Source of the DNA: Octopus sinensis
Lineage: Eukaryota
Direction: 5' to 3'
Length of the DNA: 64,000 nt
Assembly: GCF_006345805.1 (NCBI RefSeq)
Contig: NC_043014.1
Span: 7,254,001-7,318,000, forward strand
Shown here: piece after piece, positions 12,201 to 26,100 of the stretch
Layout of the letters: each line of letters begins with the position of its first letter
How positions within the stretch are numbered: the first letter of the stretch is position 1
Notes under the pieces: model-generated
Told to the model about the DNA's origin: nothing
What the model saw: only the letters and a program-made list of their open reading frames with translations
The model's database searches: none
Translations under genes and position numbers: made by a program

Positions 12201-15200
12201 GAGTCTCTCAGGGTACCTGGCAACAACGAAATTAACAAAAGGATTTAAAAAAGGTGGGGGTAGTCGTTAAGAAAGAAGGTCTTCATTCAACCCTTTAGGG
12301 ACCAGATTACTCTGTTAAATGTAACGCTTACTTATCCTCATTGCTTTAATCCTGCATTATTTTGTACCTTTGAGATTTCGATGAGGTAACAGTTTTTAGA
12401 ATTATATTGTAGGGCTGGTGTAAGAGGTCAGATCCGGCCATTTTTTGAAGATAAAACAGGCAGAGTATTTTGGTCAGATATGGCCAGTTTATATGCTAAA
12501 GGGTTAATGTTCACTTGTTCCATGCTTACATGGGTCAGACAGTTTATTGAGACAGATTTTCTTGGGCCAGATGCCCTTTCTGTCATCAACCCTTATTTGT
12601 TTCCAAGCAAGGTAGTATTTCCCCCATGGTCAGACAAATGGATTAAGTCGATTTTATTGACCCCAGTGCGTAACTGGTACTTAATTTATCGACCCCAAAA
12701 GGATGAAAGGTAAAGTCGACCTCGATGGAATTTGAACTCAGAACGTAGCGGCAGACGAAATACCTATTTCTTTACTACCCACAAGGGGTTAAACATAGAG
12801 GGGACAAACAAGGACAGACAAACGGATTAAGTCGATTTTATCGACCCCAGTGCGTAACTGGTACTTATTTAATCGACGCCAAAAGGATGAAAGGTAAAGT
12901 CGACCTCAGCGGAATTTGAACTCAGAACGTAGAGGCAGACGAAATACCTATTTCTTTACTACCCACAAGGGGCTAAACACAGAGGGGACAAACAAGGACA
13001 GACAAACGGATTAAGTTTATTTTTATGTTATGCCAGGATCTTTATCTGCCCCACAAGCACCAAGGTAAACTCCTAGGGTAGTGCTTCAGGTTCAGTCACT
13101 AAGAACTCAATCCCCAAAGCAGGTAACACTGGGGTACATGATTACTGGTAACTAGGAGACAATTTTTGATCTGACCTGATGAGCAACTGACTTTCTAGAA
13201 GAGGAGAGAAGGGAAAAGCAAAGGAGAAGCATGGACACCTACTTCAGACAGACTTTTGTGTATTTTCCAAGCAAGTTAGCAGTGAGTTTAAGTCCTGACT
13301 TGTCCTGCAATAGAAAAAAGAAAGCAACATTATTGTTATTGTTCTTCCCTCTTTAACTTGCTTCAGTCATTGGCCATGCTGGGTCATGATATATGTATGA
13401 TATATATATGTATTGTAGGGATTATATTTTAAAAGGAGCTATATTTTAAGGGGAGGGTTTATTTTAGGTAAGGGCTATATTTTAAGGAAGTGGACTGCTC
13501 AAAATTACATGCTGCTGTGTTTAGAAATCGAACCCAAGACCTTTTGACTGTGAGGTCGACACCCTAACCACTGGGCCACATGCTAGGGTAATGGTTGAGC
13601 TATGTCAGGATAGAGGTAGGAAAAAGAGAAGAAGTCTTTTTAGAACAAACTTGGGATCTTTTCCTTTTGAACGGCAGATGTCAACACAATTTCTTTGTAA
13701 CTAAACACTTTTAAACTTCGTATACTGGTAGAATGTGTTTATAAAACATCTTTTTCTCTTGGCTTTATTGAGAAAATTCTATAGTTTGTAAGATATTTGT
13801 TGTTTTTTTTTCTTCAATTTCTGCAATTTCAACCAATCACTGACGTATATTGAGGTAAAAAAAAACCATTCTGTGCCGTATGAATATGTCCCTCATTTAA
13901 GAAACAGATTGGGTTTATTTACATTTGCGAAGAAAAAAGATACCCTTCCCCCACTCCTAACCCTAACCCTAATCCTAAAATAGATTGAAATGCAATAGAT
14001 CAATACTAAGGCCAAATTATGGGTGACATTTTCATTTGACACTGCTAGAAAAAAATCTCATTTTCCGTAGCAGTGTCGTATGAAATTGTCACCCATAATT
14101 ATAACCCTAGTATCGATCTATTGCATTTCAATCTATTTTAGGGTTAGGGTTATGGTTAGGGGTGGGGGAAGGGTATCTTTTTTTCTTCGCAAATGTAAAT
14201 AAACCTAATCTGTTTCTTAAATGAGGGACATATTCATACGGCACAATGGGGTTTTTTTTTACCTCAATAGACGTCATTGATTGGTTGAAATTGCAGAAAT
14301 TGAAGGAAAAAAAACAACAAATATCTTACAAACTATAGAATTTTCTCAATAAAGCCAAGAGAAAAAGATGTTTTATAAACACATTCTACCAGTATACGTA
14401 GTTTAATATTTTTTAGTTACCTAGAAATTATGTTAAAAACTGCCGTTCAAACCGAAAAGATCCAAAGAATGCGTACACCACCGGTTTTCGGCGTAACAAA
14501 TACCCTAACTCTAACCACCGGGTGTACGTATTCTTTGGATCTTTTCGGTTTGAACGGCAGTTTTTAACTGGTACTCGCTTCTTCAAGAATTTGGAAAGGA
14601 TGAAGGGCAAAGCCGACCCAAGCAAAATTTGAACTTAAAACGTGAAATTAGACAAAATTCCGCTATGAATTTTATCCGGCGAGCTAACGATTCTTCCAGC
14701 TCGCCGCCTTAGTAATTAAGTGATAATAATAATTATCATTATAATTATAATTTACTCTCGTTAATTTTCTCAATAAAGCCAAGAAAAAATGATGTTTTAT
14801 AAACACATTCTACCAGTATACGAAGTTAAAAATTTTTTAGTTACCTAGAAATTGTGTTAAAAACTGCCGTTCAAACGGAAAAGATACCAAACATGAAATA
14901 TATGATGATAACAACAACAACAACAAGAACAGTAAGGACTACAACAAATGACAATTATAGCAAAAAGAAAAACGAAGGAACAAACAATAATAAAACCAAT
15001 GTCATAACAAAAACAAGAACAACAAATGAGAATGATAAAAACAGCAAAGACAATGGGACAATAACAAATAAAACAACAATACTCAGTCATTTGACTGCGG
15101 CCATGCTGGAGCACCGCCTTTAGTCGAGCAAAATCGACCCCAGGACTTATTCTTTTGTAAGCCTAGTACTTATTCTATCGGTCTCTTTTGCCGAACTGCT

Positions 15201-18200
15201 AAGTTACGGGGACGTAAACACACCAGCATCGGTTGTCATGCGATGTTGGGGGGGGGGGTACAAACACAGACATACAAACATACACACACACACATATATA
15301 CGACGGGCTTCTTTCAGTTTCTGTCTACCAAATCCACTCACAAGGCTTTGGTCGGCCCGAGGCTATAGTAGAAGACACTTGCCCAAGGTGCCACACAGTG
15401 GGACTGAACCTGGAACCATGTGGTTGGTAAGCAAGCTAATTACCACAGCCACTCATGCACATATATACATATACACACATGTATACGACAGGCTTCTTTC
15501 AGTTTCCGTCTACCAAATCCACTCACAAGGCTTTGGTCGGCCCGAGGCTATAGTAGAAGACACTTGCCCAAGGTGCCACACAGTGGGACTGAACCTGGAA
15601 CCATGTGGTTGGCAAGCAAGCTACTTACCACACAGCCACTCCTGCACATATATACATATACACATATACACATATATACGACGGGCTTCTTTCAGTTTCC
15701 GTCTACCAAATCCACTCACAAGGATTTGGTCGGCCCGAGACTTTAGTAGAAGACACTTGGCCAAGGTGCCACGCAGTGGGACTGAACCAGGAACCATGTG
15801 GTTGGTAAGCAAGCTACTTACCACACAGCCACTCCTGCACATATATACATATACACACATGTATACGACAGGCTTCTTTCAGTTTCCGTCTACCAAATCC
15901 ACTCACAAGGCTTTGGTCGGCCCGAGGCTATAGTAGAAGACACTTGGCCAAGGTGCAACGCAGTGGGACTGAACCCGGAACCATGTGGTTGGTAAGCAAG
16001 TTACTTACCACACAGCCACTCCTGCACATATATACATATACACACATGTATACGACAGGCTTCTTTCAGTTTCCGTCTACCAAATCCACTCACAAGGCTT
16101 TGGTCGGCCCGAGGCTTTAGTAGAAGACACTTGCCCAAGGTGCCACACAGTGGGACTGAACCTGGAACCATGTGGTTGGCAAGCAAGCTACTTACCACAC
16201 AGCCACTCCTGCACATATATACATATACACATATATACGACGGGCTTCTTTCAGTTTCCGTCTACCAAATCCACTCACAAGGATTTGGTCGGCCCGAGAC
16301 TTTAGTAGAAGACACTTGGCCAAGGTGCCACGCAGTGGGACTGAACCAGGAACCATGTGGTTGGTAAGCAAGCTACTTACCACACAGCCACTCCTACAAC
16401 GATAAACAACCATCACAACAACATTAAGACAAGGAAAAGTCAAGATGAAACCAAAAAGAAGAAAGTAATAGGTGTTACCTTGGTGTGTGATCTACAACTT
16501 AAAGGGTTATTACTTTAGGTGATTTTTTAGTTTACTTTTCAATTTCTGGAAAACCCTTAACCTTTTCGTTACCAACCCGGCTGAAACCACATTCTGGCTC
16601 TGAGTACAAATGTCTTATTTTCAAAAGTTCTGAATTAAAATCTTCCACCAAATCTTAGTCACAATTTATGTTCCTAATACTAGCTGAATGATAACTATGT
16701 TATTTTACTAAATTCTTTGTTATATTTAAAATTAATTGAAAGAAACACAGCATCTGAACAGAAATATGGTAACAAAAGGGTTAAAATATATAATAGAGAA
16801 TAATTCTTAACCCTTTTGATACCAACCTGGCTGAAACCGGTTCTGGCTCTGAGTACAAATGTCTTGTTTTCAAAAGTTCTGAATTAAAATCTTCCACCAA
16901 ACCTAGTCACAATTTATGCTCCTGACACTAGCTTAATGATAACCAAGTTATTTTACTAAATTCTTTGTTATATTTAAAATTAATTGAAAGAAACACAGCA
17001 TCTGAACAGAAATATGGTAACAAAAGGGTTAAAATATATAATAGAGAATAATTCTTAACCCTTTTGATACCAACCTGGCTGAAACCGGTTCTGGCTCTGA
17101 GTACAAATGTCTTGTTTTCATAAGTTCTGAATTAAAATCTTCCACCAAACCTTAGTCACAATTTATGCTCCTGACACTAGCTTAATGATAACCAAGTTAT
17201 TTTACTAAATTCTTTGTTATATTTAAAATTAATTGAAAGAAACACAGCATCTGAACAGAAATATGGTAACAAAAGGGTTAAAATATATAATAGAGAATAA
17301 TTCTTAACCCTTTTGATACCAACCTGGCTGAAACCGGTTCTGGCTCTGAGTACAAATGTCTTGTTTTCATAAGTTCTGAATTAAAATCTTCCACCAAACC
17401 TTAGTCACAATTTATGTTCCTAACTCTAGCTTAATGATAACAAAGTTATTTTACTAAATTCTCTGTTATATTTAAAATAAATTGAAAGAAATATAAGAGC
17501 ATCTCAAAATAAATGGAGTACAAAAGGTTAAGATGTTAGCTAAAGATTTTTACGATGTAATCAGCAATGAGAAGAAAACAGTTCACTTTTATGAAGAAAT
17601 GGACTTCAAAATGACAAAGAAAATGTTGCACCATGCCATCGCTTGCCAATTTTAGATTGCAAAACTCACAGCAGCCCAACTTGTGTGATCTACGTGCTTA
17701 TTTTAATTATCAGCTTGTTTATTCTTGGTTTTTTTATTATTAATTACTAAGACAGAAATGAAACAGTTTTATTATTATTAAAAAGTAAGAATTTTGAAAA
17801 AAAATACCTTTACAATGCTAAGTATGTACTCTTTTATTTGTTTCAGTCATTTGACTGCGGTCATGCTGGAGCACCACCTTTAGTCGAGCAAATCGACCCC
17901 GGGACTTATTCTTCGTAAGCCCAGTACTTATTCTATCGGTCTCTTTTGCCGAACCGCTAAGTGACGGGGACATAAACACACCAGCATCGGTTGTCAAGCA
18001 ATGCTAGGGGGACAAACGCACACACACAAACACATACATATATATATATATATAGACATATATATGACAGGCTTCTTTCAGTTTCCGTCTACCAAATCCA
18101 CTCACAAGGCTTTGGTCGGCCCGGGGCTATAGCAGTAGACACTTGCCCAAGATGCCACGCAGTGGGACTGAACCCGGAACCATGTGGTTGGTTAGCAAGC

Positions 18201-20085
18201 TACTTACCATACAGCCACTCCTACGCCTATGTACAAAAGAATTTATTAAAAATTTGAATAGCAATTTGATAATTTTGAATAACTTTATCAATGAATTGAG
18301 TGAACGTCTGCTAGAAATGCAAGAACATCTTAAGGGTTTTTAGAAAATGAAAAGTAAACTAAAAAGTGACTTAAAGTAATCACCCTTTAAGTTACAGATC
18401 ACATGCCAAAGTAATATCAGGCAATACTACCTTGGTGTTATTTGAACTTACTTCCTTCCAATACAGGATACGGCATATTGTGACAAGCTTGTCAGCCGAA
18501 GGAGTGAATATCTGGAAAGCTGTCTCGGACTCTTCAAACACCGGCTTTAAAAAATAGAAATAAAAAAATAAAATACATAAATTCATACAGTGGGGTCCTC
18601 TGTGTGGTAAGGAGGGTGATGAAGGCAGAAGTGGTAGGCAGCAGAACCAGAGGCAGACCTCGGTTTGCGTGGATGGATGGAGTGAAGAAAGCTTTGGTGG
18701 TTAGAGGTGTTGGAGTGAGAGAGGCAAGAGAGTTTATAAATGATAGGAAACTTGGAGAAGGTTTGTGGAGGGTTGAGTGAATTTTATGTTGCATAAAGGA
18801 GTACGGAACCAGCATGGAGTGGCAGGGGTAAACCAGCATATGCTGTCGGGCCCCGCTGCTGATATCGGGAGTTGCTTTCTATGCCTTGACCCAAACATAG
18901 GACAGGGCTCGACCCTTTGAGCTGGGAAATGAATGGAATGCTTGGTGCATGTCGTGTTGTGGCTACCTGCTCCTATGGGGAATTATGGTTTGGTATATGT
19001 ATGTATTATTAAGCTGGTGCCTGGAACACAAAATTGACATTTTGACCACTAACAATACATTTCTCTGAAACTTTGGTTCCTTCTTTATTTGAAAAGGGGT
19101 ACTTTTCCCGAAATATAGGATCATTAAACAACACATCAGAATGGCTTACGTACAGCAACATATTTCTCAAACTCTAACCAAACCACTAACAATACATTTC
19201 TCTGAAACTTTGGTTCCTTCTTTATTTGAAAAGGGGTACATTTTCCCGAAATATAGGATCATTAAACAACACATCAGAATGGCTTAAGTACAGCAAGTGG
19301 CAGCATATGCTGTCAGGCCTCGCTGCTGATATCGGGGGTTGCTTTCTAACAGTAAGCTTGTATCTCAGGACAAAGGGCAGTCTCATGTAGGCTGGTATTA
19401 GGATGGATTAAAAATATGGAGCAAACATATATGACAGGAATTAAGTGGTGGCTTGAAGTAATCTCACCTGAAAATAACCATCTCTGGACACTGCTTTCTT
19501 CCAGTTGACCAACTGCTGACCCACACTGTGGTTATTGTTGTTATTATTATTATAATTATTATTATTATTATCAGCATCATCATCATCATCATCATCATCA
19601 CAGTCTTCAGAACCAGCTGTTGTTGTATTATCCAGTAGTTCTACAGCATACGATGGATAACCATCCGTTTCAACATCATCCTTTCCAATGTTGTGATGGT
19701 CATTATCGTTTGGTGCAGAGGGTGACGCAACCTGAAACAGCAAGAGCAACACTACGTCATTATCATCATGCTACCACCGCTTCCGCCATTACCAACATTC
19801 CAACCAGTCACCACCGCCACCACCATGACAACCACCACTACCATCATTCCTACCAGTCACCACCACCACCATGACAACCACCACTACCATCATTCCCACC
19901 AGTCACCACCACCACCATGACAACCACTACTACCATCATTTCCACCACAATCACCACCACCACCAGCAGCATCACCCCCACACAACACACCTCCATATCC
20001 ACCACCACTACATCATTTTTCCAGTCACTAGCACCCCCATCATCATAATCACTATTATCATCATCTTCACAGTCGCCACCACTAA

Positions 20086-20117
<32 letters not shown>

Positions 20118-23100
20118 CTACCTGTCCCATCACCATCACAGCCAATGTTATTATCATCTCCTCCTCCACTCACACCATTTACACAACTGTGCTTCATAAC
20201 AGAAAACGAAACATCAACTGGACCGGTTTCAAACCTGCGCTAAGACTTCATCAGCAACCACATACACGCTCCAACTGTCTGTGTCTAGGGAGATATCACT
20301 TGCGACCCCAGCATTAACAAGGTCTTAAGTACATCAGAGAGATTAAGTTGGTGAGGTAGTGAATTTAGACCCAAGGGCATGTAAGTTTTGAAAAAGAAGA
20401 TGATCTCCTGTGTCCCAGTGGGTGTGAGTGATAGGGGATCTGGTGTTGGAGGCCAAGAGACATTGAGTAGAGAAATCAGGTGAGCAGAAATGGCAAGAGA
20501 CAGGTGACCTGTTTCCAAGTCAGATGTCTCTGATGCCCTCCGCAAATCTGTAAGACAATCATCATCATCATCATCGTTTAACGTCCGCTTTCCATGCTAG
20601 CATGGGTTGGACGATTTTGACTGAGGGCTGGTGAACCAGATGGCTGCACCAGGCTCCAATCTTGATCTGGCAGAGTTTCTACAGCTGGATGCCCTTCCTA
20701 ATGCCAACCACTCCGAGAGTGTATGGGGTGCTTTTTCCGTGCACCAAGCACGGGGCCCGTCAGGCCGTACTGGCAACGACCCTCGCTCGAATCTTTTTAC
20801 ACATGCCACCAGCACAGGTGCCAGTAAGGCGATGTTGGTAACGATCACGCTCAAATGGCGCTCTTTTACATTCCACCGGCAAGGAAGCCAGTTGGCTGCT
20901 CTGGCAACGATCACGCTCGGATGGTGCTCTATGGTCATATTTGGCAAATGCGGATCAAATTACAGGGGAAAACACCAGAGCACACATACATAGCATCTAA
21001 ACTGGCCACATCCAGTTCAAATATTCTAGCGCTTGTAAATTACTTGGTGACCCCCACCAGTGCTGGTGTCATGTAAAACGCATCCAGTCCACACTGTCAA
21101 GTTGTTGGTGTTCGGAAGGGCATCCGTCTGCAAAAACCATGCCAGAAAACAGGCCTCAAAAAAAAAAAAAGGCAGGTGCTGGTGCCACATAAAAAGCACT
21201 CGGTCCATTCTGCAAAATGGTCGGCATTAGGAAAAGCCTTAAAACCCTGCCAAAATAGACAGTAAAGCCTGGTACAGTCTTCTGCCGAGCCAGCTTCTGT
21301 TAAACGATCCAACACATGCCAGCATGGAAAATGGACATTAAATGATGATGATGATGATGCTTATGCTCAAACCAACCAGATCCAGCTTCTCACACCGACA
21401 CTACAATGTCGTTCTAAAAATAAATAATCACAGGCGTAGGAGTGGCTGTGTGGTAAGTAGCTTGTTTACCAACCACATGGTTCCGGGTTCAGTCCCACTG
21501 TGTGGCACCTTGGGCAAGTGTCTTCTACTATAGCCTTGGGCCGACCAAAGCCTTGTGAGTGGATTTGGTAGACGATTTGAAAGAAGCCCGTCGTATATAT
21601 ATGTGTGTTGTGTGTGTGTGTGGTGTGTGTGTGTGTGTGTGTGTGCGTGCGTGTGTGTCTGTGTTTGTCCCCCTAGCATTGCTTGACAACCGATGCTGGT
21701 GTGTTTATGTCCCCGTCACTTAGCGGTTCGGCAAAAGAGACCGATAGAATAAGTACTGGGCTTACAAAGAATAAGTCCCAGGGTCGAGTTGCTCGATTAA
21801 AGGCGGTGCTCCAGCATGGCTGCAGTAAAAATGACTGAAACAAGTAAAAAGAGAAAAAAGAGAATGTTGAAATCACAAAGCTACAAGATAATGCATGATT
21901 AATTCCAAACATTTGACAGAGTNNNNNNNNNNNNNNNNNNNNNNNNNNNNNNNNNNNNNNNNNNNNNNNNNNNNNNNNNNNNNNNNNNNNNNNNNNNNNN
22001 NNNNNNNNNNNNNNNNNNNNNNAGATGGATGAAATGCCGCTGAGCATTTCACCCAGGAGGCTAACAATTCTGCCAGCTTGCTGCCCTAATAATAATGATG
22101 ATGATGATGATCATCATCATCGTTTAGCATCCGCTTTCCATGCTAGCATGGATCGGACGGTTCAACTGGGGTCTGGGAAGCCAGAAGGCTGCACCAGGCC
22201 CAGTCTGATCTGGCAATGTTTCTACGGCTGGATGCCCTTCCTAACGCCAATGCCCTTCCTAACGCCAATTCCCTTCCTAACACCGATAATAATAAAGGTT
22301 TCAAATTTTGGCACAAGAATTGCAATTTTGAGAGAGGGGTTAAGTCAATTACATCAACCCCAGTGCATAGCTGGTACGTATTTTATCAACCCCAACAATT
22401 TCTAATGTAGTTGAAGGAGAAGGTTAAACTCAGAATTTAAAAATATATAAACTAATGAACACTAATATATAAATGGTATTAGATTAATTGAATCCCTTAA
22501 GTGACAAAAGAAAAAATAAATAAAAAAAAATTTTAATGGGCAATGCTGACTTTATCCCACGTGGGTGGGAATTGAACTTAGGAAATGGTGAAATCTTTAT
22601 ATATAAAATTGAAGTTGTGTATGTGAGACTCTGTCTCCTCCGATTTAGATTCCTAACTACTCCCACATTTTGCGGTGCAGTTTAACCAAAAGCGGGTATC
22701 TTATAGTCGTCATTCATATTGAGCCCTTCTGGGTATTAGCGCGTGTCTTCGATGAGTTTAAGATTTTAAAAAAATTTAACATAATTTTCCCGCATTTTTA
22801 ATGATTTTTGCTCGGGTTATATAAGGGAAGTAACTCTCTAAAAATGCTTATATAGTTATTTCCCTTACAAACCCGAGCAACGCCGGGCGATACTGCCAGT
22901 GGAACATATAACAGAAAAACAACAAAAGAAAGCAAAGAAGCAGAGTTAGTAGTTTACCTTGAACTGGGCTGATATGAGCCAGGTGGCACCTGATGGCCTG
23001 AGCAGGGAGGCACATGAGCTGCTGTGACATGGTTCGAAGATCACTCAGTGGCACCATGCCACAGGAACCACGGTCAACAAAATGGACATCGGCTTCGCTG

Positions 23101-26100
23101 TCAGTAACCTTCGTCAGCCGTACTCTGTGCCACCTGAATGTGGAAGGAGACACTGTTGTTTTATGATGGTAATATTAAATGGCATTTCATTATCTATATA
23201 TATAAAGCTGAAGTTGTCTGTGTGTATGGCAGGTTTGGTAGCCTTCAACTAACACTATCTCCTCTGAGACCCTGCGGTGCAAGTTGACCAAAATTGAGAG
23301 TATGATAGAAGAAGGCTTGCTCTTCCTTCCTTAGAAGAAAAAATTCAAATCAGACCATGTTAACACCAAAAATTATTTACATCAAAAAGGTGCTTTTTTT
23401 CTATGAAAATACCTAACTTTTACGATTTTTTGACTGCTGTGTTGCCATTTTTCAGTGTATTTCAACCAGAAAAATGTTCACTTAAAGAGAATAACAAGCT
23501 ACATAATGCAAAATTTTTACTTTTCAAAAATTCCAATTCTGAAGGGTCAAAACAAACCCGAGCAACGCCGGGCAATACTGCTAGTCTATATATATAAAGC
23601 TGAAGTTGTCTGTGTGTATGGCAGGTTTGGTAACCTTCAACTAACACTATCTCCTCCAAGACCCTGCAGCGCAAGTTGACCAAAATTGAGAGTATGATAG
23701 AAGGCTTGCTCTTCCTTCCATAGAAGAAAAAATTCAAATCGGACCATGTTAACACCAAAAATTATTTACATCAAAAAGGTGCTTTTATTTTCTATGAAAA
23801 TCTCTATTTTTTACGATTTTTTGACTGCTGTGTCGCCATTTTTTGGTGTATTTCAATCAGAAAAATGTTCCCTTAAAGAGAATAACAAGCTACATCATCA
23901 TCATCATCATCGTTTAGCATCCGCTTTCCATGCTAGCATGGTGTAATTTAATTGTTCATTTTATACATATAGTCATATTTCCAAAATTTTCAGAAATGTT
24001 TGGCTGATAGGGATATATAATCTGAGCGGGTACCAATATGCTTGTCTATTGGTTTCATCATTTCCGCGCTAGCATGGGTTGGACAGTTCGACCGGGGTCT
24101 GGGAAGCCAGAGCTGCACCAGGCTTCAGTCTGATCTGGCAGTGTTTCAACAGCTGGATGCCCTTCCTAACGCCAACCACTCCGCGAGTGTAGTGGGTGCA
24201 TTTTACGTGCCACCGGCACAGGTGCCAGGGGTGTCTGACATCGGCCACGATCGGTTGGTGCTTTTAACGTGCCACCGGCACGGAAGCCAGCCAAGGCGGT
24301 GCTGGCATCGGCCACGTTTGGATGGTGCTTTTTATGTGCCACCGGCACAGAAGCCAGTCGAGGCGGAGCTGGCATCGGCCACGATTCGGATGGTGCTTTT
24401 TACGTGAATTTGTGTACTTCCAGAGAAGACCCGTCAAATTGAGTGAAATCATAGCCATGCCCAAGGCCAGTGTTGTGTACCTGGTATGCATGCTGGTGGC
24501 ATGAAAAATTACGCACTACACTCACGGAGTGGTTGGCAACAGGAAGGGCATCAAGCTGTAGAAACGATGCCAAATCAGATTGGAACTTGGCGCAATTCCT
24601 CAGTTTATCAGTTTTCAGTCAAACTGTCCAACCCATGCCAGGAGGCAAAATGGACATATGATAATGATGATGATCCAAATATTTAACAGAAAATTCACAT
24701 ACAGGCATGGCTGTGTGGTAAGTAGCTTGCTTCCCAACCACATGGTCCTGGGTTCAGTCCCACTGTGTGGCACCTTGGGCATGTGTCTTCTACTATAACC
24801 TCAGGCCAACTAAAGCCTTGAGTGGATTTGGTAGACGGAAACTGAAAGAAACCCGTCATATATATGTATATATATATATATTATGTATGTGCGTGTATGT
24901 TTGTGTGTCTGTGTTTGTCCCCCTAGCATTGCTTGACATCCGATGCTGGTGTGTTTATGTCGCCATCACTTAGCGGTTCGGCAAAAGAGACCGATAGAAT
25001 AAGTACTGGGCTTACAAAGAATAAGTCCTGGGGTTGATTTGCTCAACTAAAGACAGTGCCCCAGCATGGCCACAGTCAAATGACTGAAACAAGTAAGCCC
25101 ATCGTATGAAACAAGGCCGTTGTATGTGTGTGTCTGTGTCTGTGTTTGTCCCCCCACCATCGCTTGACAACTGATGTTGGTGTGTTTACATCCTTATAAC
25201 TTAGTGGATCATCAAAAGAGACTGATAGAATAAGTACTAGGCTAACAAAAAAATAAGTCCTGGAGTTGGTTTGTTCGACTAAAGGTGGTGCTCCAGCATG
25301 GCCACAGTCAAATGACTGAAACAAGTAAAAGAATAAAAGGATACAAGACATTGCTGACGCTTCATCAGTCATCATCCAAAAGATCAGTTTCCTGCCTTTA
25401 ATGAGGATAGGAGGCCAGTGCCCACCCCTACTCATCTAAGGAGGCATAGACTACATAGTCAGACAGAGAGTGACCTCTTTCACTTACAGAGAATCAGACC
25501 AGATGGCCAAACAGTGCAGTCCTTCTGTCCAGTCACGTTTCGGTTGAGGTTTAGTTTCTTTCCGAACGCTCTCCTCAATCTTCTCCATCAATTCACTGAG
25601 GCTGCGTGTAAAAGGAGAGTAAGAAAATAAATTAGATGAGGAGAGAGAGAGAGAGAAAGTGAGATTTGCATAAGCATCTATTAACCCTTTAGTGTTCACA
25701 TTATTCTACCAAAATTAATCCTTTTTTATCCACATTGTGTTGAACTAATCCTGAATTATCTTGTAGCTATGAGATTTTGATGAGGTAGCTGTTAATTTTT
25801 AAAATGATATTGTAGGGTTGGTGTGGGAGACCAGATCTGGCCAGTTTGAACATAAAACAGGCAGAATACTTTTGGCCGGATACGGCCGGTTTAAATGCTA
25901 AAGGGTTAAGTAAGAGAGGACTTGAAACTTGGAACCTAAAGCCAGAAGCATTTTGTCTGATATGCAAACAACAACAACAACAACAATAATAATTTATTTT
26001 ATGATCATAATCCTTTCTACCATAAGCAAAAGGGCTGAAGTTTTGTGGGAGGGGTTAAGTCAATTGTAATGACTCCAGAAATTAACTGGTACTTGTTTTA

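Noticed and set aside
13176-13194. 19-nt micro-exon after a strong pyrimidine tract (ctcttctag|AAAGTCAG...CAG|gtcaga)
   Set aside because: W23 already joins W24 in phase, and inclusion would shift the frame. It could only be a poison exon, with no evidence for that.
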